Shown: piece after piece, positions 27,301 through 40,502 of the stretch
Position numbering within the stretch: the stretch's first letter is position 1
How the letters are laid out: each line of letters opens with the position of its first letter
Notes under the pieces: model-generated
The model's database searches: none
Told to the model about the DNA's origin: nothing
The model's input: the letters and a program-made list of their open reading frames with translations, nothing else
Source of the DNA: the human T2T-CHM13v2.0 reference genome, Homo sapiens
Reading direction: 5' to 3' (one strand)
DNA: 64,000 nucleotides
Assembly: GCF_009914755.1 (NCBI RefSeq)
Contig: NC_060938.1
Position numbers and translations under genes: made by a program

Positions 27301-28480
27301 GGGGCAAGGGGCCATCTCAACATTCTTGGACAAGGCTGGGTTCTCCTACCTTTTAATGAGCAGAACGCCTTCGGGGTAGGTTGCTTCCTCTGCTTCCTGC
27401 CCTGCCTCCCTTCACTGCAGGGTGTTTTAACTTTTCATAGGGCACCCTGCTTAAAGAAGCTCTTCAAGGTAGCTGTTCATGGCCTTGAAGCATATTAACA
27501 TTTCCCAAAGAGGCTGAAACTAGAATTGGCGGAGGGTTTCACACCTGTAAAACCATCAGGCTGGGGATACTGGAAAAGGAAATCCCTTTACTAAAACCAG
27601 GGGTGCTGAAAACTATTTAGCAGCAGTTTTTTCATACAGAAATCTGAGATCTGACCTGGCAGGCAGGAGCCTTATGTGATAGTCCTAGAACCTTGCAGGT
27701 GGAGATGTTTTATTTGGTTTTATTTTTTAATCTGGTTTTATTTTTTAAGAAAATTACAGTTAGCAAGCCATATAATGGCTCTAATGCTCACTCTTCTCCA
27801 CAAAAAGAGAAGGGAAATTATCACTTTCATTCCAAGTTCTCTCTCTCAAAGCATTTATCACAGCAATTTAGTTTCTAGACAAGTACATACGTACCTTGGA
27901 TTTAATTCATCAGGAATTTTTTTAAAGTGAGAATAATTTTTACCCAGTTGGTCACATCTTGGGTGTATTCACAATGTGTTTGATTCATAATCTTTTGGTA
28001 TTTATGCAGCAGCTGTGCATACCACATTGAGGGTAGCCTGGACCTGATTCACCCCTGGCTTGTTGAGCGGAAGCATGCTAGGCCCTGTGTATCCACTGTA
28101 TTTCTGGGTCTGTAATCAGCCCACTAAATGGAGCATTTGCTAAATCATTCTCTCTCTGCCCCTTCAGAGTGTCATGGGAAGTCCCAGGGTGGCTTTCAAC
28201 CAGCAGTGACACCCTCCTCACATCTTCACCTGTTCTCCACATCATTTTCCCTATCGAGGCAGACAGTGGCCTAAGAGCAAATGAATAAGGATAACTTTAT
28301 TGTTCACGGGTCAAATGCTCTGTTGCCTTTCAGGTTGCTATTTTTAAGGTATCTGCTGTTCTCAGTGAAGGGATACTCAGAAGCTTGCTATTTGCAGAAA
28401 AAATCTCAAGTAAAATCAAATTTGGTCACAGAGGCAAAAGATAAGAGATACATCTGGAACTATTTGTCATGTATATTTAA

Positions 28481-28840
<360 letters not shown>

Positions 28841-29109
28841 TAGAAATGCATCTTCAAAAAATGAATTTTCTCCAAAACTCATGAAATTTATCTACCTCGA
28901 TAGGTTCAGTTGGTGTAAGTTAGTAGTTAATCAAGAGCTACCTGCTATGTGAGTTAAAATATTTTGATGATCAAATACCCTTGTTGCCCAGCAAGCATGT
29001 TATCATCCGACAAGCTTGTCAGGATACCCTCTTGGCACTGTGGCTCTCTCTTCCCCCAGGGGCCATAACACCATTTCATCATGCCACTGACACCTGCCAT
29101 TGTGCTCAG

Positions 29110-29270
29110 TCCAGCGTTTTGTTTAATCCCTGTGGTAATCCTGAGAGGTTTTGTGCTCCCGTTGTACAAATGAGGAATTAGACTCAGAGAGATTGTATGA
29201 TTTGGTCAGAGACACAGGATTCAAATAAAACCCACATTTGTCTGATCCTAAAGTCTTGTTTTTAACCACA
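29110..29270 (-). mobile_element. MIR
   Basis: tacaaatgaggaattagactcagagaga...ggattcaaa pattern. Confidence 0.55.
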
Positions 29271-29537
29271 CACGATCTTGATAGGTCCACTTAATCACAT
29301 ACCTGAATCACATAGGGAGCACTGATAGACTGCAGGCAGCATGCCAGGCTAAGGAATAATGACCAGGAATTCTTGGGTTAGCTCCTTGAGGTTGTAGAAA
29401 TAGACAATGAGCCCTGAAGCTTCCTTGCTAGGGGTGTGTCTGGAGCAGTAACTTGGTTATCCCACCCTCCCCCAACCTTGGTCTCAGGGATCTGAACCAG
29501 AAAATTGACTTTCTTTTGTCTTGATCCTGTTTTTCAG

Positions 29538-29784
29538 TTCCACGCACTCTCCTCTCCTCAGTCTCCTTTCCCCAGCACCCCCACCTCACGGCGGGCCTTG
29601 CACAGAACACTGTCGGACGAGAGCATTTACAATAGCCAGAGGGAGCACTTTTTCACCTCCAGGGCGTCACTTCTGGACCAAGCCCTGCCCAACGACGTCC
29701 TCTTCAGTAGCACGTACCCTTCTCTCCCCAAGTCGCTCCCGTTGAGGAGGCCTTCTTACACCTTAGGAATGAAATCGCTGCATG
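29538..29784 (+). CDS. SIPA1L1: SIPA1L1 coding exon (247 nt): [10 protein letters not shown]...[13 protein letters not shown]...YTLGMKSLH
   Basis: gtttttcag| acceptor and CATG|gtaagt donor. Matches ORF 29505-30017. RTLSDES is a family motif. Confidence 0.95.
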
Positions 29785-32414
29785 GTAAGTGGTCTTTCAG
29801 CTGCAGCCTGGATGGCCCTGTTGATGATGGTCAGTGTCCCCAGACGTGGCTGCCACTCATGTGCTCAGAGAGGGGTCCTGTATCCATGCTCAGATGGTCT
29901 CAGCTCACCCGCCCCTTCCTCATTTGCCCTCTCTCTCCTGTAATCCCAGACCACCATAGTCACCTGGGTTGCTTGCTAGAAATAACAGATTCCCACACTG
30001 GACCCAAGACCTCCTGAGTTTGAATCTCCAAAAGAATAGTCTGGGAATTGGTATTCTTAGCAACCATGCCAGCTGCTGTTATGATTGAGCAAATTTGGCT
30101 AGCACTAGATTAGTTAGTTCTTAGAGAGTGGTATCCACTGCTTCCTGTAGCTACCATAAGAACCCAGACTTGCCATTGCTGTCATTCTTTCCCAGGCTGT
30201 AAGGAAATTGCCTGTGGTGTCAACCACTCATTTGTTGACTCATTGATTTCTTCGTGCAGTGAGCAGGCAAGCATTATGTAAGGAAAAGGTTTGTGGATGA
30301 TGGGTACCTCCATGTTCTTGCACCTGGTCCACATATGCCTTGTTTGCTTTGTGACCCAACTAGATCCCAGTTTTATTAAGGGCCACTTTCTGGCACTCGG
30401 GATTTAAATTTGGTTTTTCCCTTTTTCCTGTCTCTGTCCCACCCCATTCCAGGGCTCTACACCTCCCCTCATAGCTGTGGCCCAGCACAGCAGATGCCTG
30501 TCACGGAACCAGTGTTCTTGATCATTTGCTGGATGCACTGCTGTCACCCTTCCTCCCTTCTGTCCTTTTTCCTTTGGTGAACTCTGCTGCAGCTTTTATA
30601 TCTCCAGTGTCCATTCATACCCATGTTTCTTTTCCTTCTGCTGCTTCTCTGGAACAGTAATTTCTTTACATCTCTTGCTTTTGCTCCCTTATTTTTGAGC
30701 TCTCAGCCCACGCTCATGAATGTTCCTCCATGTCTCTGTCCTACTCACTGTTCAGCAGCGCAGTCCCACCCACCCTGCTCGCCCCAAGGATCATGCCAGC
30801 TTCCCCTGCTCCTTAAATCTCCTTAAATAAAGCTGCTCCATCCACCTGCAGCTAAAATCTGGGTTGTCTTTGCGCCAGGAAGTCACCTCCGATGAACCAA
30901 GGTTGGCACATGAAATGACCACTTTTTGTCACCAGACTCCAGAACAAGCCTTCTGGTAGTGACCTCCTGCCCCTAACCTTTTTCTCTTCTTCTCTCCCTA
31001 CATCGGGGTCAGTCTTCCGTGAATTCCATTATTCCTGCCTTACTTTGATTGCTCTCTTATTTCTCTGTACTTTTAATTTGCCTTTGCAGTGTAAAGGTAA
31101 CCCCTTTGTGAAGTCTTCTCTGCATGTGTCATATCAGAGTAGGCCCTGAGTAGTAGAAGCCTACATTCCGAAAGAACAGCCCAGAAATCTGTGTCCCACA
31201 CGTGGTCATTGTCCAGACGAGGAGTCCTGGGACTAGAGGCCCCATGTGAGTCCACAATGGAAAGGCAGGGACAGGCAGCCCTCTCTGAGCCCCTTCCCTT
31301 CACTTTTTCTTGTTTTCCTGAATAAGATAGCAGCTGCAGTGATTTCACCCCCTAACCAGGCAGTCCTCATTGGGCTGATCCCTCAGCCCTGCCTTGCTTG
31401 GTGACTTCCACTGAAATGTGTTTGGGGGATGAGGAAGGGTGACTTCTTTTATCCCCCACATGGAAATTCGGGCCCCAGAGATAAAAGGGCAGAAGGGTTG
31501 TGAGTTACACACAGAATTATCTCCCCTCCTACTTACCCTTGGTAGGAGCACATTTAAGTAGAACTGAACATTTAATATCTTGCAGTGTTTGTTAACTTCC
31601 ATTTACTCATGATTTTGCTAATTTTGAGCACAGTAATAACCAGCAGCTGTACTTCAGAGAAGTTCTTTTCGTAATTTGAAAGGGAAAACAAAGCATTTAA
31701 TACACTGGCTTACCGGGCTGTCATAATACATGAAAATCTTTAACTCCTGGTAAACAGGTCTTTCTGGAGTCACTTAAATATTCTAGCTGAGCATTTAGCT
31801 TTAGCTGTGTGTTTGCATGGACCTGAGTGTCGCAGTCACCTTCCAAGGGTGCTCCTTCTCGTGGAGTGGTGTGCTCTGCCCTGGCTTCCACCCAGCTTCT
31901 GCCTACTGAGGGCATTTCTATGTCATGAGCGTCGTTTCCCCTGGACCCCAGCAGCCCGCCCTTCCTGTTATCTGCCTGCATGAACCTGAGCAATAGGAGC
32001 TGCCTTCAGTGTTCAGGGTGGCTCACTCTGCCCAGTCCTCCCTGCCAAGCAGTTCTTAGTTGTTAATATGTCAGTTTGTTGTTACAATGGTTTAATATTT
32101 GTATTCAACAAAATGTCCCCTTAGGAAGAGCTTGGGATGTTAGACTGCTGCAACCCAAAATTGGTCCAAAGAATAGCTCGTGTGATGACTGCATCCTAGA
32201 GAAGAATAATGCCAGTTCCACCCCTAAAATCACCTTCCTGTCTTAGCTCTGTCTGAGTAACCCAGCACACTCACATCCCTTGATGTGCCCCTCACACCCC
32301 CTTGGACACCTTTGACCATGGAACCCAGTGGGCTGCCCCTCAACAGCAGAGAGGGCAGGCATGGGCCTTCTGTCCCTTACCACTCCCGGGCCAGATAAAA
32401 ATAAACCCTATTAA

Positions 32415-32918
<504 letters not shown>

Positions 32919-33148
32919 TCACTGCTGGAAGGGAGATGATGGGAGGTTGTGAAAAAATGAAGGCAGACTAGAGGAAGCCGATTCCTATTTCAAGTCAGCT
33001 TTAGAATAGCCACTAACAGCCTGCTAACCTGGACATTGATAACAGTCACAAATGGCTTACAATCTATTGTGGTAACAGGAAAGAGGTAAGTTTTGAGTGG
33101 CTCTTCCACAGGCACAAGAAGCATCTCATTCCTCCTCCCTTCCCGCAG

Positions 33149-33295
33149 GAGAGTTCTCAGCCTCGGACAGCTCCCTCACTGACATCCAGGAGACCCGCAG
33201 GCAGCCTATGCCCGACCCTGGCCTGATGCCCCTGCCTGACACTGCTGCAGACTTGGATTGGTCCAACCTGGTAGATGCTGCCAAAGCCTATGAGG
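33149..33295 (+). CDS. SIPA1L1: SIPA1L1 coding exon (147 nt): [12 protein letters not shown]...[26 protein letters not shown]
   Basis: cttcccgcag| acceptor and GAGG|gtgagt donor. Contains the conserved SIPA1L C-terminal [20 protein letters not shown] block. Confidence 0.96.
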
Positions 33296-34759
33296 GTGAG
33301 TCCACTGAATCCACACAAGACAGCCCAGGATCCTGCAGCGGAGTGAGCAGTCTCCATCCACTCTACTTCTCTGGACACACTCAAAACATATGTGCCTCAC
33401 CAGATGAGCTATCAGTTACTGAGCATTCAGTAGGGACCAGACCCTAAGCTGGACACCTAGGCACATGTTTTATGTAATCAGATGCCACCTGGTGTTTCCT
33501 CCACAGGATTCATAACATGAATGCCTCGCCTCCTCCGTATATGGGAAGGGCAATGGGTAGAGGAATCCCAGCTGTCCCTTGACTAAAAAGAACATGTATC
33601 CAGAGAGGATCTTTCATCACGTCGCAAGACATTGTTGCTAAATGTCACAGTGCCTGCCCTGCTTGGCCACGCGCCTATCCTCACAAATGTGGGGCGCCCC
33701 CTTTGCCGTTCTCCCTCATCTCCGTGCGCGGTAGCGCGTTGTCTGTCTGCATTGTCTCCTTGCCAGCCTGCTGGCCGTGTGCTCGCTTTAGGCTGGCGGT
33801 TCTTAAATGCAGGTCCTCAGACTGGTGCTGATCTTGCCTGCTGTAATGAAAACACAAAAAGTAGTGCAGTATGTGTGTGTTGACATAAGATTGTCAGCTG
33901 GGGTTTTTGTTTTTTGAATGAAGACTGACTTTTTTCTAAGTTTAAAGATCTTTCTAAAATTTTTATTATTCTTTACAAACTTATAGCAGGTGATTTTTTT
34001 TTCTGTTTTTGTTGTTGTTGTTGCTCTTAATTAGGAGAATTGAAAATTGCTATTTAGTCAAGTTTTAATTTTGGGGAGAAATGTACTAGGCCACAGAATC
34101 TGTACGTCGGGCAACCATGGAATGGTCAGCAGTGAATCCTTTTACCTTCATGCTGTTTATTTAGCAGATGGAAATTCCCAGTTCTAACTTGATTTTTCAG
34201 TGTGTTGGTTAATCTCCTTCATATACAAATGGTAGAAGTTTTGGTTTCTAATGGGAGATTATTTTAAATTTGATTTAGTTTTCTTGGCTTAAATTTTAAC
34301 TTGGTATGTTTTGGAATACAGGTGGTATGGATTTATGTTAAAGCCAACCAGAGTGTCCAGGAATCTTGTGGTGGAAAACATACTTCAAGAAGTTTTAAGC
34401 ATAATGCTAGCTCTCGAACGCATTTATTTCATTGCTGAGTGGAAAGCCTTGGTCTGGAAATTTGGCACAAGGACTGTTTCCAGAGAAACATTTCATAGAA
34501 TGCTACAGTGATGAGCAGGGAAGAGGGGGGACTAGAAATTGACTCACAAATGTTTCTTAAAGGGAAATTACATGGCTACAATCCTCTTATAGCTAAAACA
34601 GTCATATTTTTCCCTGTGAGGGTTGGGAAATAAGATTTCCAGTGCATCCTGCACTGGAAATACTAGACATGACTGCCAACTAGACCACTTGTTGACTTTG
34701 ATAGATAGGGCCAGGGATGTGGTTCCAAAATACTAAATGGTTTCTTCTCTCCTTTCCAG

Positions 34760-34874
34760 TCCAGAGAGCCTCATTTTTTGCTGCTAGTGATGAAAACCAT
34801 CGCCCCTTGAGTGCTGCATCCAACAGTGATCAGCTGGAGGACCAGGCTCTGGCCCAGATGAAGCCTTACAGCAG
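34760..34874 (+). CDS. SIPA1L1: SIPA1L1 coding exon (115 nt): [38 protein letters not shown]
   Basis: ctcctttccag| acceptor and CAG|gttggt donor. Matches ORF 34717-34977. Confidence 0.93.
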
Positions 34875-35596
34875 GTTGGTCCCAGTGCAAGGGCAGTACT
34901 CTGCACCTTGTGTCACATCTGCCACTGACTGCATCTGTGGGGAGAAGAGATGGAAGCCACACGGAGTAGCTGAGTGAAGCTGATCACTGCAGGGCTAGAC
35001 ACTTTACATTTTAGTCAGAACGCTTTGTAACTGAATACTGTAGACATAATTAAACTATTCTTGATGACTTATACGGCCATAATGATGAATATTCATTATT
35101 ATTTAATGTCATAATACATTTATGCCCTCAGGGCCAGTTGGGGCAGGTAGGAGAGACCATTTGCTCTAAGTATTCCTGTGCTCTGTGCTGTGTAGTCCTG
35201 CAGTCTGGGTTTTCAGTCTCTTTCGCAGTGTTGCTGATGGTCATGCTTATACATGCGCTTGCTGAGTCCTAGTGGCTCCCAGTGTGCTGCTTCACGTCTG
35301 TGTGTTGGAAAGCTAAATCACCAGGATGGTTAAGATGGTATGAAGGTGAAAAGTAGGCAATAACTGAGGTCCTAAGGGCTTCTCAGTCAGGAGCAGGGAC
35401 TTTACAACTTCTATTTATGCAGAGACCGACTTTTCTGTTTTCCCCTTAGTTTCAAAATGGTGAGGTTGCTAGATTTATGTGTGCTAATTTCTGTATGTTA
35501 AAGCATCCCATCAGTCAGGTATGGAACATTTAGTAAGCACTTCTTGTTGCAGAATAATTTCATTCATTTGAAATCTCTTCCCTTAAAACCCTTTGA

Positions 35597-35896
35597 GGCT
35601 GGGATTGGTGGCTCATGCCTGTAATTTCAGCACTTCGGGAGGCCAAGGCGGGCAGATTGCCTGAGCTCAGGAGTTTGAAACCAGCCTGGGCAACATGCTG
35701 AAACCCTGTCTCTACTAAAAATACAAAAAATTATCTGGGCATGGTGGTGCACACCTGTAGTCCTAGCTACTCGGGAAGCCAATGCATGAGAATCACTTGA
35801 ACCCAGGAGGCGGAGGTTGCAGTGAGCCAAGATCGCACCACTGTACTCCAGCCTGGGTGACACAGCGAAACTCTGTCTTAAGAAAAAGGAAAAAAC
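35597..35896 (+). mobile_element. AluS
   Basis: Dimer. Confidence 0.92.
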
Positions 35897-37644
35897 CTTT
35901 CAAGGGTGATTAAAACTCCAGGTATCTGTAAAACTTGGTCAGAAACGGACAATAACAGGAAAGCCAATTGAAGTAAATGGCACAGATAAACTGGGGCTTG
36001 CCATTGAGGACTTCTCTGAACAAGTCTGCAAGGAAGTGCTCTCAACGAGAAGGCACAAGAATAGGGGATCATTTGTTATGAGTATAGGAGAGAGGCCGCA
36101 CTTACCTCTGGCACTGCTGGGGTGAGGAGAGCAGCAATCAGGCTGACTGCTGAGAACTTTAAAAATGCATATCCCAGAAGCAAGCCCCAAATGTGCCTCG
36201 TTAGGAAGGAGCCTCCAACAGAGAGAAGTGTGAGTGAGCCAAGACTGTTTTCCTGTGAAAGGATTATTAAAAAATCAGCAGATGAGGGTGATGACAGGCT
36301 CTTTTCTTGGGTCAGCATGGACTGAACAAATGGAAATGGAGGTGAATAGACAGAATGCTCCTGAGCGTTGCTGCAGTCCTGATGAGCTGCAGTGGCTTTG
36401 CGAAGGATACCACTGCTGCCCGGCCCCAGCCTCGTTGTGTCTGTCCAGCACCGCCCCTTTTCTACCACATCCGTGGCCTTCAGCCCACCCAAAATCGGAC
36501 CAGCCTGCCGTACCATACTATGCGGTTATGGACTGCAGCTGACCATGTCCCTTCTCAAACCCATTCATTGTCAGCTTTTCATTGGCCTTCCTGCCTTAGA
36601 GATTGGAGGTCATGGTCACTCCATCAGCCCACAGCCTTGCCACACTGTACACCACGGTGGGTTTTGCCTCCTGGGGCCTCTTGTAGACTTAGGATTAGCA
36701 GAAGACATCAACACAGTTCATCTGAGGTCAGGAATTGTAACTTGAATCTTTATTTTTAAAGTAAAGAATACCTTTTACTCCGTGACCTAGAAAATTCGGA
36801 GTCACTTAGCTCTTTCCCATTGGCGCTGGGAAGAGGCTCTGCATGTTTTCCCGATGGAAGACTTTGGGTTCTCTGTGGTGTGCCCCTGAGGATGTATAGC
36901 TTGGCTAGGAATCAGGAAAATTTGGCAGCTTGAACTCAGGTAGAGGAGAGTGTGGCAAGAAAAGTTGTCAGTTCCTCAGCCATAGGACCCTCGGGGTGAG
37001 AGCGTGCCCAGCCATGCCGTCTGTCTAGCTCGCTGGCTGGCCTGCCGTACCCCAGCTCACACTTCTTTCGGTACTCCACTAGCACGGCATGATTAGCGTG
37101 CCATAAACAAAAGAAAACATGAGAAAATGAGAAGAAAATGGTTTTTTGATCAGACTGGGACAGAATTTAAGACATTAAGCCTAGGCTAACAAGATACTTA
37201 GACCAGTGGTTTAAGATGTAGGCATGATACCTTAGCTGCAATTGCATGAGTAGCTAAGACCACACACTTGGGACCAGAGACGACCTGCCTATCACATCAG
37301 CTCCCCAGCTTCCTTCCCACACACAGGGGAGTAACTCCTCTGTCAAAGCCCACTAGAGAGATCCCAGAGCCTCCCTGGGAATCATTTTACTGTTTGACAA
37401 TTATATCTGCCAGAAAGTACCTCTTGTGCTGCCAAAGAGACCATTTTCACTATTGTGCTTCATTCTTTAGTCGTGAGGATGCAGCATCTTTAACAAAGGA
37501 AGCTATTGATTGGCTGCAGTTCAAGCTTTTATTACCTTTTTTTAAGACTACCATTTTCTTTTTTAAAGTAAAAATACTCATTGGGTCGCCATACTGAGTA
37601 ATTTGACATTGAAAACCATTTTATAAATACAGCCTCCTCAGAGT

Positions 37645-37669
37645 AAAAAAAAAAAAAAAAAAAAAAAAA
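37645..37669 (+). repeat. A25 mononucleotide tract
   Basis: Seen directly. Confidence 0.95.
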
Positions 37670-37723
37670 CAAACCCAGCCATGGAGGCCCCTGCCAACAT
37701 GGTCTTTTGTTTCTTGTTCCCAG

Positions 37724-37808
37724 CAGTAAAGACTCCTCTCCCACTCTGGCTTCTAAAGTGGACCAGCTGGAAGGTATGCTGAAGATGCTTCGGGAAGATT
37801 TGAAGAAG
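37724..37808 (+). CDS. SIPA1L1: SIPA1L1 penultimate coding exon (85 nt, or 82 nt from 37727): (S)[28 protein letters not shown]
   Basis: ttcttgttcccag|cag| tandem acceptor and AAG|gtaaac donor. Start of the coiled coil. Confidence 0.93.
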
Positions 37809-38500
37809 GTAAACATGTATTCTCAAAGCAAATTGTCCAGTCTGTACAAACTACCCTTGAACCATGAGAGCCCTTTCTAAGTAGCATGGTAAAATAAGAC
37901 GTGGGTGTCTTCCCGGTGCCTGCATGTGTTTGGGGATGCAGGGATTTCAGTTGCCACTGGAACACACAGCATGAGGAGGCGTTCGGTGTCCGGTGTACAG
38001 AAAAACTGTTCAATAATTTGTGAAAGGCTGTGAACCTCAGCCAGCACCATCTGGGTCCTCTCCCGGCCTCCCCACTCCTTGTGTAATGTGTCAGTAGCCC
38101 AGACCCCCATGTAGTCGGTGTTATTGGGGCTTTTGCACCAAAAGAACTGAATGTTTTGTTTTTTGGGTGGCCTTGACTATATATCAAGACATCAGCCACC
38201 AACACAATTGTCTAAAATTTAAGACAATCCTGACTAACAAGGATGTTAAAATACACATTAATGTACTTACATTCCAGGATTACTTAGAGCTAATCCTGCA
38301 GGGTTGAATCTCTCTAGAAGCCCTGCTCCCTGAGCTTAGAGTGTCTTAGCACCTGATACCAGTCCGTTTAGACAGGTGTTTGGAGGAACGAAGAATAGAA
38401 ATGGACAAAAGATCAAAACGGGTCCATAGCTATTACTCAGAAGAGCTGGGCAAGGTGGGGCCAACACCTCTTAGCTTTTCTACTTCACTCTGCCTCCCAG

Positions 38501-38644
38501 GAAAAAGAAGACAAAGCTCACCTTCAGGCGGAGGTGCAGCACCTGCGAGAGGACAACCTGAGGCTACAGGAGGAGTCCCAGAACGCCTCGGACAAGCTGA
38601 AGAAGTTCACAGAATGGGTCTTCAACACCATAGACATGAGCTAG
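38501..38644 (+). CDS. SIPA1L1: SIPA1L1 last coding exon: [47 protein letters not shown]
   Basis: tgcctcccag| acceptor, 48 codons ending TAG at 38642-38644. Heptad leucines indicate a coiled coil. Confidence 0.96.
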   Translation, partial: EKEDKAHLQAEVQHLREDNLRLQEESQNASDKLKKFTEWVFNTIDMS

Positions 38645-38845
38645 GGAAGGCTGAGGAGGACAGGAGAAGGGCCCAGACACTCCCTCCAGTGAGTGTCCTG
38701 CAGCCCTTATTCCCTCCATAGAAAGCATCCTCAGAGCACCTTCCCTGGCTTCCTACTCTGCCCCCTTTCGGGGAGTGCACAACACAATAGTTGCAGATCA
38801 ACAATCATCACCTGCCTTTTGTAGAAAAGAAAAACAAAAAAAGTA

Positions 38846-38872
38846 AATAAAAATTTTAAACAGTAAAATAAA
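38846..38872 (+). terminator. Proximal tandem poly(A) signals (AATAAA at 38846 and 38867)
   Basis: Two canonical hexamers followed by tgtgaatgtctttattttttt (GU/U-rich downstream element). Confidence 0.6.
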
Positions 38873-40496
38873 AGTTTAACTGCTAAAATGTGAATGTCTT
38901 TATTTTTTTGCACAATATCTTTATCTGTTATGTATTTAAGAAGAAACTGGGCCTTGGACCAGGGCGCCCCCTGGCCCATCCGCCTCTATTCCCATCAGCT
39001 TTCTTATCAACTTCAGGTAACCCAAGCTTTCCCTTGTTATTCTAACAAATATCATTATTCCTAGAAAAAGAATGTTTTTATAACTTGTTTGGGGAGTAGA
39101 GAGGGATATTTCCTTACCTTCTTCCCTAAAATGCCTGGAGAGGGAGTTGCTTTGAGAAAATGCCTACCTCCCTTGAATGACTCGTGCATGAGCTAGTGCT
39201 GTCTGTACCTGTCCTCCAGAGATCAGCAGGACCGGAGTTAAATATTTAACAGCAAGTCTGTAAACCAGAGCAGCTCTGACAGTGCCTGCAGGCCACACCC
39301 CTTCTCAGTCCTGCATTGTGAGGTCATTTCCTGCTTCTCCCTTTCCCCAGGAAGATGGTCCCACTTGTGCTGCAAGACTCTTTTTTGTTTGGCTTAATTG
39401 AGCCCCACTAAATTGGAATCAATCTCTCTTACAGCTTCCTGGCTCCAAACATTAATTGATTTCAGAATTCCCCCAAACTAAAACCTTATCTGTCTGCATT
39501 TTGAATGCATTTTGGTCAAAAGTATACGTTTTAAAGATTTTTAAAGATAAAAATGTGGCACAACTGGTTTTTTTAGCTTGCTGAAAATGACCATATCTCT
39601 AAATTAATCTTTCTCTCCAGAGCAAGACTTCACCAGTATTTGTAACTAGGAGAAGCTAACAGTGAATGTTTAATTGTGAATTTTAATCATTGCTTGTTAG
39701 GAATAATGACTGTGATACTAGAATGGGCTTTTGAAACCTGCATGTCCCAGTGTGAAATTTCAGCACGGCATTTTCTGCATCCTTTCATGGCCATCCAAAG
39801 GATTCCGCTGCAGAAATTATTGATGTGCTATTTTTGCTGTCTTGTGATGCAGGCTGCTTTGGGCCCCTGGGTCACTCTTCCAAGGCTGCTGTAGAGCACA
39901 GAGACATGGGGCTGGCCAGTGTTGACTGACCTGAGGAGACCCCTTTGTTTGTTGCCTTCATAACTGTCACTAAACCGACCCCTCTGCCCTTTCAGTGGCA
40001 ACTCTGGTCTAAGGGAACATTCAGCACTCTAGCGGCATCTGATTGGAAGTTCCCTCACCCAAGTAATCTCAATTCCTTCCTCTCTCCATCCCTGAAAGAA
40101 ACAGGATGGATTTTCCTCTCTTCTCCCTGCTACATTCACTACCAGATTTTTATGCTACAGTTTCATTCTTGATTGTGATTTCTCCATGGAATTTTTTTTT
40201 TCTGGTGACATTTCTATCATGGAAATAGGAAGATTTCGGAGTGCTTTGTGAAGATTTCAATTGTCTGTCTCTTTCTCTCTTTGACTTGTATGAAGGAGAT
40301 TGTACATTGCCTGATATCTCTTTGTAAATGAGAAATATTGCTAACATCCAAGCATTCTGAAGTCTTGCTTATCCTTCTGAGTTTAGTTCTCATTTTGTTT
40401 TACATTTTGTTTGGGGACTTGGGGCAAGCTATTTATTAGAGTTTTGCAACAGAGTTCTTGTTTGAAGCCTCTAAAGACTACCTGTAAAATTCAAAG

Positions 40497-40502
40497 AATA
40501 AA
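40497..40502 (+). terminator. Distal poly(A) signal AATAAA
   Basis: Canonical hexamer, upstream TGTA (cctgtaaa), downstream U/GU-rich tract. Confidence 0.65.

Noticed and set aside
27715-27748. Short duplication tggttttattttttaa, similar to those at ~24057 and 53893
   Set aside because: Ordinary slippage duplications.
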